Shown here: piece after piece, positions 25,619-40,532 of the stretch
Position numbering within the stretch: the first letter of the stretch is position 1
How the letters are laid out: each line of letters opens with the position of its first letter
Origin: Neocallimastix sp. 'constans'
Lineage: Eukaryota
Assembly: GCA_050613775.1 (NCBI GenBank)
Contig: JBODTK010000001.1
Location: 868,001-932,000 of the forward strand
Direction: 5' to 3'
DNA: 64,000 nucleotides
The notes under the pieces: generated by a model
Seen by the model: only the letters and a program-made list of their open reading frames with translations
Told to the model about the DNA's origin: nothing
The model's database searches: none
Program-made: the position numbers and the translations under genes

Positions 25619-26144
25619 AAAATAATTTATTACGACACAACAATATAATATAATAGTTTAATAATATAATAATATATATAATAATAATAATATATATATA
25701 TTTTTTATAATTAATAATTAAAATAATAATAAAAATAATAGCTTATGGCTATTTCTTCCTTAGCTCTTATTTTCAATAACCCAGAAATTTTCAAGACTAA
25801 AGGTGTCAAAACCAGAAAAGGTGAAGCTGTAACAATTATGAGAAATAATCCAGATATTTCTTCAACTACAATTACTTTCCTTGAATATATTGCCATTATT
25901 AAAAAAAAAGCTGAAGTCTTAAAATACTTACCACTTGAAAAAGAAAATTACAAGAAATTAGATGAATACATTAAACAAGTAATTATTTTAAATTTTTTAA
26001 AATTTTATTTTATTTTATTTTATATTATTTTATTTTATATTTTTATATTTTTATATTTTTATTTTACTTTATTTTATTTTATTTGATAAATATAATTAAA
26101 AGTAATTGATAAGCAAAAAATTAATCATCATAGAAAATCAAAAT

Positions 26145-26182
<38 letters not shown>

Positions 26183-26316
26183 TTAATTTTCATATTTATA
26201 TTTAATAAATATAATAATAATAAAAATATTATTATTATTATTATTATTATTTTTTTTTCCTTATTCTTTTTTATACATATATTATGTATTTTATTTATTT
26301 AAAAAATTATAAAGTT

Positions 26317-26368
<52 letters not shown>

Positions 26369-26614
26369 TTATATATAAATATATAAATATATAAATATAT
26401 AAATATATAAATATATAAATATATAAATATATAAATATATAAATAGATCAATGTTTGGACTGAAAAGAATGCTGATCGGTTAAAGCTTGAAGAGAAAAAT
26501 AGAGAAGTTCAAAAAAGAGATTCCATGGCTGAATTTTTTGTTTCATGTACCATGTTTGTTATCGTTTCAATTGTTGCAACTATTGTTTACAAATACATTT
26601 TACAATTTCATTAA
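23932..26614 (+). CDS. ERG9: Squalene synthase; 5 exons (23932-24286, 24688-24784, 25073-25556, 25742-25978, 26447-26614), about 446 aa
   Basis: Motifs [77 protein letters not shown] and [12 protein letters not shown], plus a C-terminal membrane anchor [23 protein letters not shown] introns, total 1341 nt in frame. Confidence 0.97.
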
Positions 26615-26637
26615 TTCCATTAAATAATAAAATTTAA

Positions 26638-26668
<31 letters not shown>

Positions 26669-27011
26669 GTTTTAATAATAAGAATAAGAAGAGTAATAAT
26701 AATAGAAATAAGTAAACAGCAATAATAATAATAATAATATTAATAATATTATATATAAAAAAAAAAAAATTAGATTTGAAACTGTTTTTTTAAATAATTA
26801 AGAAAAAAAAAATTAAATCTCAAAATAAAAATAAAAATAAATAACTAACTAACTAAATAAATAAATAAATAAAAAAATAATAATAATAAAAAAAAAATCA
26901 TTCATTTATCATAATAGAATGGATGAGAGTATAGTTAGATATGAATTAAATTAATAATTTATTTATTTATCTACTAGCTATGATGAAAGTTATATATATA
27001 TATATTAATTA

Positions 27012-27044
<33 letters not shown>

Positions 27045-27078
27045 TTTTTTTTTTTAATTTTATTATATTTTTATTTTT

Positions 27079-27109
<31 letters not shown>

Positions 27110-27467
27110 ACATACATACATTTATCTCTAACCTCTACTATTATATTTAATAAAATTATAGATAAAAGACATAGAAATAGATATAAATTATGATAATCCA
27201 TTTTTATTTTATTCTATACTATTTAATAATATAAATAAAAAGTATATATATATATATAAAAAAAATAAAATGAAATAAAATAAAATAAAATAAAATAAAA
27301 AAAAATAAAAATTAAAAAAAAAAAAAAAAAAAAAACCATTAATTACAATAAGAATAGAAATCAGGAATATTTACCAATCAACAGATAGTTTTTAAGGAAA
27401 GAATCAAGGTTATTTTATTTTTTTTTTTCTAATCAATAAATTAAAGGAAATTTTTGAGAAAAGAATC

Positions 27468-27521
<54 letters not shown>

Positions 27522-28618
27522 AAAACCAATTCTTTATAATTTATTATATCTATCCTTAAATTCTTTTTTATTCATTTTAAAAACAAAATTTTTAAAACCA
27601 TTAAATACTTGTCAATTATAATTATATATGTATATACATATTAAAATTAAATATATATATATATATATATATAAATTAAAATTTTCAACAAAAAATAAAA
27701 TTTATTAAAAGTTTCAATTATTTTTTTTTTTTAATTTACTTTATGAATATATAGAGATAAAAAATTAATAATAGTAATGTCTATTATTTTTTTAATAACA
27801 AGTTTTACTATAATTTAAAATTTATTTCAATTTTTTTTAAGAATCTCTTCCTTAATACTTTTTTTTTTTTTAACCATACTTTCAAAACCTTTCCTTTTGC
27901 TACTATTATTAAATATAATTAAATAATATATATTTCAATATTTCAATAATAATAATAATAATAGCAATAAGTATTAGTCTGCTATAAATAAGGAGAAAAG
28001 AAATAAAAATATGAAACTAAAAAATTTTGTTTAAAAACTTTTTTTTTTTTTATATTTTAAATATTTTTTTTTTTTATATTGTTTCCCATAAATTAAATAA
28101 TATACTACTTTTTGAAATTTAAAATTAATTTTCTATATTATAATAATAAATTATTGAAAAAAAAAAAGAAAAAATAGTTTATATTTTAACATTTTATAAA
28201 AATTTATACTAATAATTTAGAGCATATATATCAATAAAACAAAATTAAAAGATGACATAGCAATTATTATTATGTTATATTGATTACATATTTAAAATGC
28301 TAATTTATATATATATATATATTTTTTACAAATAAAAATATAAATAGAAATATAAATAAAAAAAAAAAAAAAAAGAAAGGCATATATTTTTATTATCAAT
28401 TTTTTTATATTAAAACATATTATCATTGAATATGAAAAATAAATTAATATTATGTATATATATATATAATTTTTTTTTTCTTGAGAGTATTTTTATATTT
28501 TATATTTTATTGAATCGTATTTTATTCAAAGAAAACGAGATATTTCTTTATACATCATATAATATGCAACTTTTATTTTTAATATATCCAATATATTATC
28601 AATCAATGAATTAATACA

Positions 28619-28657
<39 letters not shown>

Positions 28658-29475
28658 GTAAATTCTCTTTATAAAATATGTACTAAATCCAAACTTTAAC
28701 TTTTGAAATGAATCAAAAATATTAAAATATTAAAATTTATTATCTATTATAAATATATATATATATATCGTTATCTACCTTCTGATATTTTTTTTTTCTT
28801 TTAAATAATTGAACTAATAAATATTTATCATTTATATTTATAGGTTTATACCTTGACTAATACATATATTTATTATTTATGAGTATTTTATTATGATTAT
28901 TTTATTGATTATTATTGTTTATTATTATTAATATTATTGTTAATTATAATTTATTATTGTTTATTATATTATTATCATATAATAATTAGTATTTAGTATT
29001 TAATTATTAATTATTATATATTATTATTCATTATTAATTATTTTATTATTATAATTTAATTAGTATATATTTTATTATGTATTATTTATTATTTCCATTT
29101 TAAATTATTTTATTATTATTTAATTATTACTTATTTATTTTAAATAGTTTAAATATTCAATATAACTTTTTTTTTTTTCTTAATATAATATATGTGGTAA
29201 GCCTACCAAGACAAAACAGCATTATAACCAACAGAAATAGCATTTGATTTTTTTTTCATTAGTTAATAAAGTTCATCATTAATAATTATTCCAATATATG
29301 ATAATTAACAATATTAAATATTTTTAATATTTTAATTTTTAATCTTTTTAAATATAATATTTAATATATAATATATAATATTTAATATTTAATATTTAAT
29401 ATTTAATATTTAATATTTAAAATTTGAATATTAAAAAAAAAAAAAAATTGAAATTGATAAGAGCTATTAATGAAA

Positions 29476-29483
29476 TGCCAAGA
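29476..29483 (+). promoter_or_regulatory. Candidate PacC/Rim101 binding site TGCCAAGA
   Basis: Exact match to the established GCCARG/TGCCAAG consensus in very GC-poor DNA, 4.9 kb upstream of the pacC-like ATG. Confidence 0.4.
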
Positions 29484-30525
29484 AAACAAAAAAAAAAATA
29501 AATATAATTTATCCTAATTAAAAAAATATTTTTTTTTAAACTAAATAAACTAAATTATATAAACTATATTTATGAAATAATAACAATAATTAATAAATTC
29601 AATATATAAAATTAAATTATTTCCATAAATTAATATATTTTATAAATTTAAAATTTTTAATTTTTTTTTAATTTTTTTATAAATAATCGAAATAATCGAA
29701 ATAATCGTAATAATCGTAATAATCCTTTTATGTATTATTATAAAATTATTATATCTTAAGATTATATAAAAATCATCGATTATTTGATGAAATGTGTATA
29801 ATTATTATTATATATTTATTATATATTTTTTTTATATAGATTATATTTAAATAATAATTATTAATCATTAATAAAAATTAATTTTTCTAAAATTTTTTAC
29901 TATGAAGATGTGTGTGAAGTGACAGATAATTTAAAACTAGTGAATGCTATAAATAGCTTTATGAATTAAAAATAAAAATAATAAAAAGTTTTTATTAGTA
30001 ATGATAATATTATTATTACTTTGACATATTTTTAATACTTTCTGATTATTTTAAACTAATTCTGAGAATGGTAATTTCTTACTCTCTATTACATATACAT
30101 ATAAAGTTATATATATTTTTTTATTCTATATATAATTATTCTTACATTATTAACTATTAACTATTAACTATTATTATTTATTTCTTTTCTTTAAATAATA
30201 TGACAAATAATTTTATTCATTTTCAAAAAAAAAAAAAAAAAAAAAGAAAACGTAAACTTTTACTAATCTATTATTATGTATTATGTATTATTATCCATTA
30301 ATTAAAGTTTATTTTAATGTCAAAATTCTCTCTAAATAATATTTTTTAATGATTATATTTATGAAATCATAAGCATTAAGATAAATAATTATACCTAACA
30401 TATGTATAATTTTTCAATATCTTTTTAATTTTTTCAGTATCTTCGTCTTTGTAATGTCCATTTAGAATTTTTTTTTTTTTTTATTTTTAACTATTAAATA
30501 ATAATAATAAAAACTGTTAAAAAAG

Positions 30526-30532
30526 CTTGGCA
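30526..30532 (-). promoter_or_regulatory. Candidate PacC/Rim101 binding site TGCCAAG (reverse strand)
   Basis: CTTGGCA on the + strand, 3.85 kb upstream of the pacC-like ATG. Confidence 0.4.
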
Positions 30533-30928
30533 ATCTGTTACCAACTTTTCTTTTTTTCCACTCCTAAAAAATTTATATTAAAAATTTAATGTATTTTATT
30601 ATCATAAATTTAAACAAATAGCATAAATACCAAGAAAAAAAATTTAATTTTTTTTTTTAAATTTTTTTTTTACCACCAATAATAAATATTATTAATAATT
30701 TATAATCTATAATGAATAATAAGTAATAATTAAGTATTTTTATTGATACTTTAATAATAATAATAATAATAATAATAATGAATAATTTTAATAAATAATT
30801 AATATTCCTTAATTTAAAAAAAAAATTATATATATTTTTATAATAAAAAAATTAAATAAATTAAATAAATTTAATTTTATTTTAATTTTATTCATAATTA
30901 TCGAGATTACTATTAATAATTAAAAAAG

Positions 30929-30960
<32 letters not shown>

Positions 30961-31879
30961 ATTATTATTATTATTAAATACTCATTACTATAAAATAAAT
31001 AATTAAAAAAAAAAAAGTGACACATTTTGTTAAACTTTTTAAAAATAAAATTAAAAAACTTTAAATTTTTAAATTTTTTTAAAAATGTACTATTTTTTTT
31101 TTTTTATTTTTTTTTTAGAACATTTTATAATTATCATAATTATCAATTATTTATATAAATAAATAAAATTATAAGAAAAAAAAGATTTTTTTTTAAAAAT
31201 ATTTTATATAAAAAAAATTGGCATAAACTTTAAATTTACTATAAATAAAATATATAAATTTATATAATTATCATAATTATTATTTTGTATTATTTTAGTT
31301 AATAATAAATCATTATAGGATTTGAATGTTAATTGCTATGAATTCACTGAAAAAATTGAAGTTATTTATATATTTATATATAATATAATATTTAATTTGA
31401 ATTTCATAATAATAGTCTTAACTCTTTATTATAATGATAACGATAATAAATGTTTGTACAAATTTTTTAATTGTTAAAATCTTTTCATAAATTTTAAGTT
31501 TATTAATTTTACTTATTCTTAGAAATTTTTGGTTTTTTTATTTTTATATTTTTTTTTTTTATTATTTTAATTATTAATAAGAATTTTCTGTTATTTCAAT
31601 TATTTGATAATACATTATTATGACTTTATTTTTATATATATTTTAAATGTATTATTATTATTAATGAATAATATTATTGCTGTGACCTTTTTTTATTTGT
31701 ATATCATTGATATTACTTTAATTTTAAAATTAAAAAAAATAAAGTAAATGGAATCACAATATGTAAAAAAAAAAAAAAAAAAAAACAATTAAAGAATGAT
31801 ATGTAAATTATATTAATAATAATACATCATGATTTCAAAAATACTTTATTTAATAGTGAATATATATATTTAATAAAAT

Positions 31880-31945
<66 letters not shown>

Positions 31946-32104
31946 TGAGAGATAATAAAACAATATTAAAAATATACTATATTTGAATTGAAATTTTAAT
32001 TCATAAAGAAAATGGAAGATTCAGCGATTGTTATCATTAAATTAATAATAAATAATTATAAATGATAATGAAATTAAACTATGATCATTTTAATTAATTA
32101 AATA

Positions 32105-32531
<427 letters not shown>

Positions 32532-34380
32532 TAATAAAACTAAAAAAAAAAAATATTTTTTTCTATTTACACTTTTCATTTTATAGTGGAAATAATTAAA
32601 GGTTATTTAGTATCTATGAATTATTTTGCTTTATATTTTATTTTATTTTATTTTATTTTTTTTTTAAATAGAGGTAAAACAAAAGCTAGCTTTTAAAATT
32701 ATCTAAATAAAAAGGATCTTTGGAATTAATTAATATACATTTATGAATTTTTTATATTATTCTTTATTTGTAGAAGTTCTTTTAATATTGATAATTTAAT
32801 GAAAAAAAAAAATAAAAGTAAATAAATTGAATGTATCTAATTTTAAGATATTATTAATAAAACCTATTGTATAATACAAAATAAAGTTGTAGAAAAACTT
32901 TAAAAGCATGAAAACTTTTCAATTTTTTAAATAAAAAAAAGAGTAAAAAAAAAAAAAGATTCTATAAACTCTATAATATATTAATAATATATTATTTATC
33001 TTATTCAAATAATAATATATTATAATATATATTTATTAATATGAACAATATGGTAGTAATATTAAATACATTATATTAAATCATATGTATTAATATGTAT
33101 AACCAATTTTTTTTGTGATATTCATAAAATATTTGTATCATATATATTGTATATATATTTATAATAATTTTTTATGTAAGCTATATATTATTAATATATT
33201 ATAATATATTGTTATTGTAATACAATAATATATTTCTAATATATTTTGATATTTTATGTATTATTTTAATAAATAAAATTCAAATTTATTATTTCCTTTT
33301 TTGCCTAATATTATATATATATGTTATATAAAATTGAATAATATATTAGAATATATATTAAGTAGTAAATATTGAATAGTATATAATGGAAATATAATTA
33401 TAAACATTATTATTATTACTTTTTTTTTTTTCAATAAAGTTCTTTACATTCTATTCATAATAATTAATTTATATATTAATTAATTATTATATAATATTTT
33501 ATATAGTAATATTAAAAATAATATAAATAATATATAAAGTAATTTTTATTTTTATTAAAAAATAATAAAAAGTATTAATAAATAAATAAATAAATATAAT
33601 AAATAAATAATTAATAATAATTAATCAATAATAATCAATAATCATAATAATCATAATAATCATAATTAATAATAAATAATTATTACTATTAATAAAATTT
33701 TTCATATAAAAAAAAACATTTTTCCCTACAATGTTTTAGGCTTTTTTTTTTTATTTGTTATATTATATACTATTTTTAAGTTTGTAATAGAAAACTATTA
33801 ATGAGAGAATTATAAATTCGATTATCAAATAAATTTCGAAAGAAACTTATATCTATGTTAAAACTTTATTGAAGAACAATAAGTTTATTTAAATATATTA
33901 AATGTGTATGAAAAATATTAATTGTTAAAAGTATATATATAATCAAAATATAAAATAAATAGTATATTGTATATAAATAATATTTTACATATAATTTACA
34001 AACAGTAATATAGACATTATAAACTTTTATTTATTTATTTTTTCCAATTCATTTAATATTTCTATAAATAAATATTTTAGGTAAATATATATTTATATAT
34101 TATATATCTTTTAAAAACAATACAAGTAAATAAATGTAGAAATGCATTATTTTGTTTTGTACATATTTTTAGAATTTTTATTTTTTTAATTTAATTTAAT
34201 TTAATTTAATTTAATTTAATTTATTTTATTATTATTATTATTTTTTTTTTAAAGTATTTTTTAATTTTGAAATATTAAAAAAATATAGTAATAAAAAATT
34301 TTATTAATTTTAAATTTGATATATATTTTTTATTTATTAATGTTTAATTTTAAATTTCATAATTTCATATATAAGACAAA

Positions 34381-35320
34381 ATGTCTTTAACTGAACAAGT
34401 AAATTATAAAACAATAATAAATTCAAATATTTTAAATAAACTAAAGAGCAAAGAAAACATAAAGCTAGGTAAAAAAAGTAGTGAAAATTTAAAGGCGACC
34501 TCTTCTGTTTCAGATGTAAACTCAAATTTCGACAATAAATCAAATCAAAGTACTAGTACAACTAATAATACAACTACCACCACTTCTTCTTTATCTGGAA
34601 AAGTAAATAATACAACAAAATTAAATTCAAAAGAGGATTTAAATACAAAAGATTCTACTGAATCTTCTTCAGCTACAATTAAAAAAACTACAAAAAAAGA
34701 TAAAAAGAGTAAAAAGAATGAGAGCAATGGTCCTTTTATTTGTTTATGGATGAAGGATGATAAAGCATGTAATATAGAATTTGAAAGCGCAGAATTTCTT
34801 TATAAACATTTATGTGATGACCATGTTGGTAGAAAAGCTAATAATAATTTATGTTTAACTTGTCATTGGAATAATTGTAATTTCACTAAAAATAAGAGAG
34901 ATCATATTACTTCACATTTACGTAAACATATTTCATTTAAACCATTTGTTTGTAAAGTAAATATTTTCATATAAATTATTAATTAATTAATTGAGAAAAA
35001 AATTATAACAAAATATATATGTATAATAACTTTTTTTTTTTTTTATATTTATCATAAAGATTTGTGAAAGAGCGTTTAAAAGACCACAAGATTTAAAGAA
35101 ACATAAAATTATTCATGAAGAAGATAGATCAAAATTACAAGATTTAAAGAGTAATTGATTTAATTAATTAATAATATTTCATATTATATTCCATTATTAT
35201 AATTATTGTTATTTATTTTTTTTTTTTTTTTTTTTTATTTTATTATTACTATTATTATTATTATTATTATTTATTTATTTATTTTTATATATATATATAT
35301 TTTATTTAATAAATTATATG

Positions 35321-35362
<42 letters not shown>

Positions 35363-38324
35363 AGGCTCAATTCAAATTAAATATGGAATGAAAGCTGAAA
35401 ATAATGAAAATAAAGATATTAATACAATACAATATAGAAAGTTTGGAATGAATGAAACTTCACTAAAACAAAGTATTGGAAAAAGACCACCTAATTATGA
35501 AAATAATATTAATAATACTAAAAGACAAGCTGGTAATGAAGGTGTATTAAAACCTATTAATTATAATAAACAATTTTCTGTAAATATACGAAACCAAGAT
35601 ATTATAAATTCAACTATTAAAATAAATAATAATGATTTGAATATAAATCAAACAAAGAATAATGTACAAAATTGTATTACTGGCATGAATGATATAAGTA
35701 GTGAGCAAAGTCTATCAACTTCATCAACTGCAACTTATAGTATACCGTCAAATTCTAAACCGTTATTGCAAATGAATAGTAATCCTTCATTTACTTTTAC
35801 TGGTAAAAAGGAAACAGCAAATCTTGTTTTTGGAATGTCATCAGAAATAACGACACCTGTTACAATGCAAACTTTGACATCGTTATCAAATCCACAATTA
35901 TCGATAATTAATAATAATAATAACAATAAAAATAATAACAATAATAATTCAACTCTCTATGCAACTACTACTACTTCTTCTTCTTCTTCTACTACTACTA
36001 CTAATAATAATTCTAATTTTTCTCAAAATATTAATAATCACTTTATTACTAACTCTGTTACTAATACAATTCCAAATTCTATGGCATCATTTACCAATAT
36101 TAATACTACAAATCAAACTTATTCCAATAACATTAGTAGCAATGATAGTAATAGTAATATTAATACTACACAATCATTGTCCAATTCAAATCTTAAAAAT
36201 ATAATAAATTTACCTCCATCTATTCCTTCACCATCAGATACATTTAATAATATGACTTTAATAAATAATGCAAATAGTAGTGATATGATCAATGTCGATA
36301 ATCAATTATTAAATTATGAATATCCTAGTCTTAATGGAATGATATTACCAGATTCAAATAATAAATTGGCAAATGTAATTCAAAATAATGCTCCTCCAAT
36401 AAAAATAGTGGAATCATTTTTTGATAGTATTATTAAAGATGAGATTCAACCATTATATGATTCTGATATGCAAGTTTATTTAGATTACCTTATTACTATA
36501 TTACAGGATCAAGATCTTATTAAGGAATTAAATATTTTCCAAAATAGTGAAGATTTTAGTAAAGTGATAAATTTCCTTTCTACTCTTAGTCAACATACTG
36601 AACAGACTCAAATTAATAACTTTGGCCTTCAAAGTCTAAATATGATTAATCAAACTAAATCATCTAAATCATCTACTGATGAATTTGATCTTGATTTAGA
36701 TGATCCAGAATTAATGAATATCGGTGTAGATGATTATTTAATTGATCTTCCAAACGATAATCTTTTATTAAATAATCCAATAACTGAACAACCATTAACT
36801 CAACAACCAATATCACAACAAACAATAACTCAACAACCATTAGCTCAACAAGCAATAACTCAACAATCATTAGCTCAACAAGCAATAACTCAACAATCAT
36901 TAGCTCAACAAGCAATAACTCAACAACCATTAGCTCAACAAGCAATAACTCAACAATCATTAGCTCAGCAAGCAATAACTCAACAAGCAATAGCCCAACA
37001 AACAATAACTCAACAACCAGGACTTCTCTCTCAACCTGTATTTAATCCATGTGAAGAAATTATTGATGATATTATTGATGATAATGCATTGAATGATAAT
37101 GGGGGTGTTAATCGTTATGAAACCGTTATGAATTTGAATAAACCAACGGTTGATGGAAGTTTAATGGGCATGCTTTCTCCACAAGGTTATGTTAGTGGTG
37201 AAGAAGGTCAATTAATGAATAAATCTCCACTCTTTATTGATTCTTCAAAACCATCTTTACCATTAACACCACCGCCACAACAAGTTCCATATAGAACTAG
37301 TGTGGTTACAGATAATACTTTAGCAGATGCCATCACATATAATAACTATTCGACTATACTAAATTATAACACAATTAATCCATTTGAAATAGAAACTATG
37401 GATAGTTTCAATGAATATGATAAACTTCAGAGAGGTAGATATCGTATTGTTCGTAATGACAGTGATGAACAACCCACTGTTCAACTTGTTCTTAATAATA
37501 ATAGTGAAAACTTTACTACGGATGATCTCTTAAATAAATACACTTCCTTTACTCTTAATACAACTCAATCAAGGAATGTTCGTAGAAATTCAAATGAGGA
37601 TAAAAATTCATCGAAAATTATACCAATGAAGATGGTTATTAAAAAGCAAGAATCTAATTTAGATCGATCTATCAATTATAGCAATGATCGTTCTAACTAC
37701 TTTAATTCTGATATTGATTATAGTTGTAACAATAATAATGGAAAGAATGATTCATTGACAAATTCAACCAGTAATAAAAATAATGACAATTATTCCCATA
37801 ACCAAAATAAGATTCAAAATCATCATCATACTAATAATAATACTAATCATTTTACGAATAGTAACATCACGCGCAACATTAATAATAGTAGTAATAATAA
37901 TAATAATAATAATAATAATTATAATAATAATAGTAGTAATAATAATGATAATACAAGAAGACCTATTAATAATATGGTGAATAATCAGAAGAATGAATCT
38001 GAATTAGAACAAATGCAAGATAAATTTAAAGAAATGTCTCTTACTAATTTATCCAATAATCCTAAACAACAAAAGCCATATTCAGAAAATAATGACCGAA
38101 AATCTATGAATAATAGTAATAATTCTAAAACAAGCAATAAATCTAAAACTAATAGTAATATAAATAATAAAAGTGTTAAAAAGGATAATACTACAAATAA
38201 CGATAATCAAAATCAAAATGAAAAGATGGAAGAACATAAGATGTTCCTCCAGAGATTGATGCTTTTATTAAGACAAACCAGAATTCAAATCCCTAATTTA
38301 ATATTATCTCCAACTCTACCTTAA
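34381..38324 (+). CDS. pacC: PacC/Rim101-family pH-responsive C2H2 zinc-finger transcription factor; 3 exons (34381-34956, 35060-35150, 35365-38324), about 1208 aa
   Basis: Three fingers: [84 protein letters not shown] and [10 protein letters not shown] are diagnostic for PacC. Exon 2 splices in phase to the long N/Q/S-rich ORF, which has one YPSL motif at 36321-36332. Confidence 0.93.
36779..37019 (+). repeat. Coding 30-bp tandem repeat encoding ITQQ(P/S)LAQQA inside pacC
   Basis: ATAACTCAACAA(C/T)CATTAGCTCAACAAGCA about 6 times, plus degenerate 15-bp subunits. Confidence 0.93.
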
Positions 38325-38512
38325 GTACCATATATAAATTACAATATATTTTATATAAAAATAAAATATATATATTAAAATAATAATAATAATAATATGA
38401 ATATATATATATATATGTAACAATAAAATTATTATTTTTATATATTATTAATTTATAGAAAAGAAAAAAAAATAAATTTAAAAAGAAGAAAAAATTTTAT
38501 TTTTATTTTTAT

Positions 38513-38552
<40 letters not shown>

Positions 38553-39218
38553 TTTTTTTTTTTTTTATAATTTATATTTTTCGAAGAGTCAAAATTATCT
38601 GTCGTTAATTAATATATATTAAATATAAAGGACTTTATATTTTTACTTTTATTATTATCATTATTTTTATAAAATTATAATATATTATAATTATTATTTA
38701 AACATTATTCTATTAAAAACAAAAAACAAAAAAACGAAAAAAAAACGAAAAAACAAAAAAACAAAAAAACAAAAACAAAACAAAAAACAAAAAAAAAAAA
38801 AAACAAAAAAAAAAAAAAATAATAATAATAATTAATTATATCAACAAATTATCTATTACATTTTATCTTTTTTTTTTTTTTTTTTTTCTTTTTTTATTAT
38901 TATCAAATTGTTAATAATGTAATATTAATTATTAACTATTATTATTTATTTATAAAGTAACTAATATATCTCTAATATATCATAGTTTATCATTTTGTTT
39001 TCTTTATATTATTATTATTATATATATATATATATAAAATAAATGATAATTATTTTTATTAAATTATCTTTCGACAAACAAACAAACAAACAAACAACAA
39101 AAGAAAAAAAAAAGTTAAAAAAAAAAAAAAAAATAAACAAAATTTAATACTATAAACCTTTTTATATTGAATCATTTTTTATTATTTATTTAATTTATTA
39201 TTTCAGTTTAAAATTATA

Positions 39219-39254
<36 letters not shown>

Positions 39255-39365
39255 TAATTAAAAATTATTTCCTAAGGGTTATATATATATATAAAATTCT
39301 ATTCCTCTGATATAGCATAGTTTATCACATTTTTATTCTCTTTATATTATTATATATATATATTA

Positions 39366-39396
<31 letters not shown>

Positions 39397-39488
39397 AAAA
39401 AAAAAAAAAAAAATTCTATTCCATTAATATATTATCATAATTTATCATTTTGTTTTCTTGCTTTCTTTATAATATTATGCATATATAT

Positions 39489-39532
<44 letters not shown>

Positions 39533-39630
39533 AAATAAAAATAAAATAAAAAATAAAATAAAATAAAATAAACAAATTTTAATACTATAAACCTTTTTAT
39601 ATACTGAACTTTTTTTTTTTTTTTTTTTTG

Positions 39631-39661
<31 letters not shown>

Positions 39662-39719
39662 TTATTTTAACTGAACAAAGAACAAAGAAAAATCTTCATA
39701 TTATTTTAATTATAAATAT

Positions 39720-39754
<35 letters not shown>

Positions 39755-39849
39755 TATATATATATATATATTATTTTTATTTTTATTTATATTTTTTAGT
39801 TTTTATTATTTTAGTTTATATTTAACTTTCATTTTTTTATGGATTTGTA

Positions 39850-40035
39850 ATTAATAGTTCATTATGGAAAAAGATAATATTTATTGGGGGTTCTCTCGCT
39901 GTTAGTTATGGAACGTCTATTGACAACACAAGGTTGATACACTCATGAACCAAATGTTAAAAAATGAAGAAAATTTTATTCATTCTAGATGGAAAACCTT
40001 CAAGAATAATATTTTCTCAGTGAAAAATAAATAAA

Positions 40036-40072
<37 letters not shown>

Positions 40073-40136
40073 ATTACAAAATTCAATAATAGTTTTTCTT
40101 CAATAGGATTAAAGTATACATTACAAATTTCAATCA

Positions 40137-40172
<36 letters not shown>

Positions 40173-40499
40173 TTTTTTTTTTTGAAAAAGTATTTGAAAA
40201 ATCAATATATCCGGAGTTAAAAATTTTTATATTGTAAATTGTAGATCGTCTAAATGGAATCATAAGGTTTCCTTTTTTTTTTTTTTTTTGTCAGCCATTT
40301 AAAACAGAAATTTAATATCGTATGGCACATCCAATAATACAAAACTCAAGTAAATCTCATTTCAACTAATTTAAGTCAATGTTATAAATAGCAATCATGA
40401 ACTCAATGCTCTCAATATATCTAATCTTTTTTTTTTTCTCTTAAAATTCTCAAAGTCATATTTTACCTTCCAACACAGGAAAGTTTTCTTATTTTTATT

Positions 40500-40532
<33 letters not shown>

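Noticed and set aside
36673..37005. Antisense VELL-repeat ORF within pacC, and other overlapping ORFs in PK, ERG9 and the phosphatase
   Set aside because: Shadow frames of real coding sequence, with no independent support.
38980..39605. Repeated ATAGTTTATCATTTTGTTTTC and AATACTATAAACCTTTTTATA blocks downstream of pacC
   Set aside because: An old local duplication of AT-rich DNA with no evidence of function.
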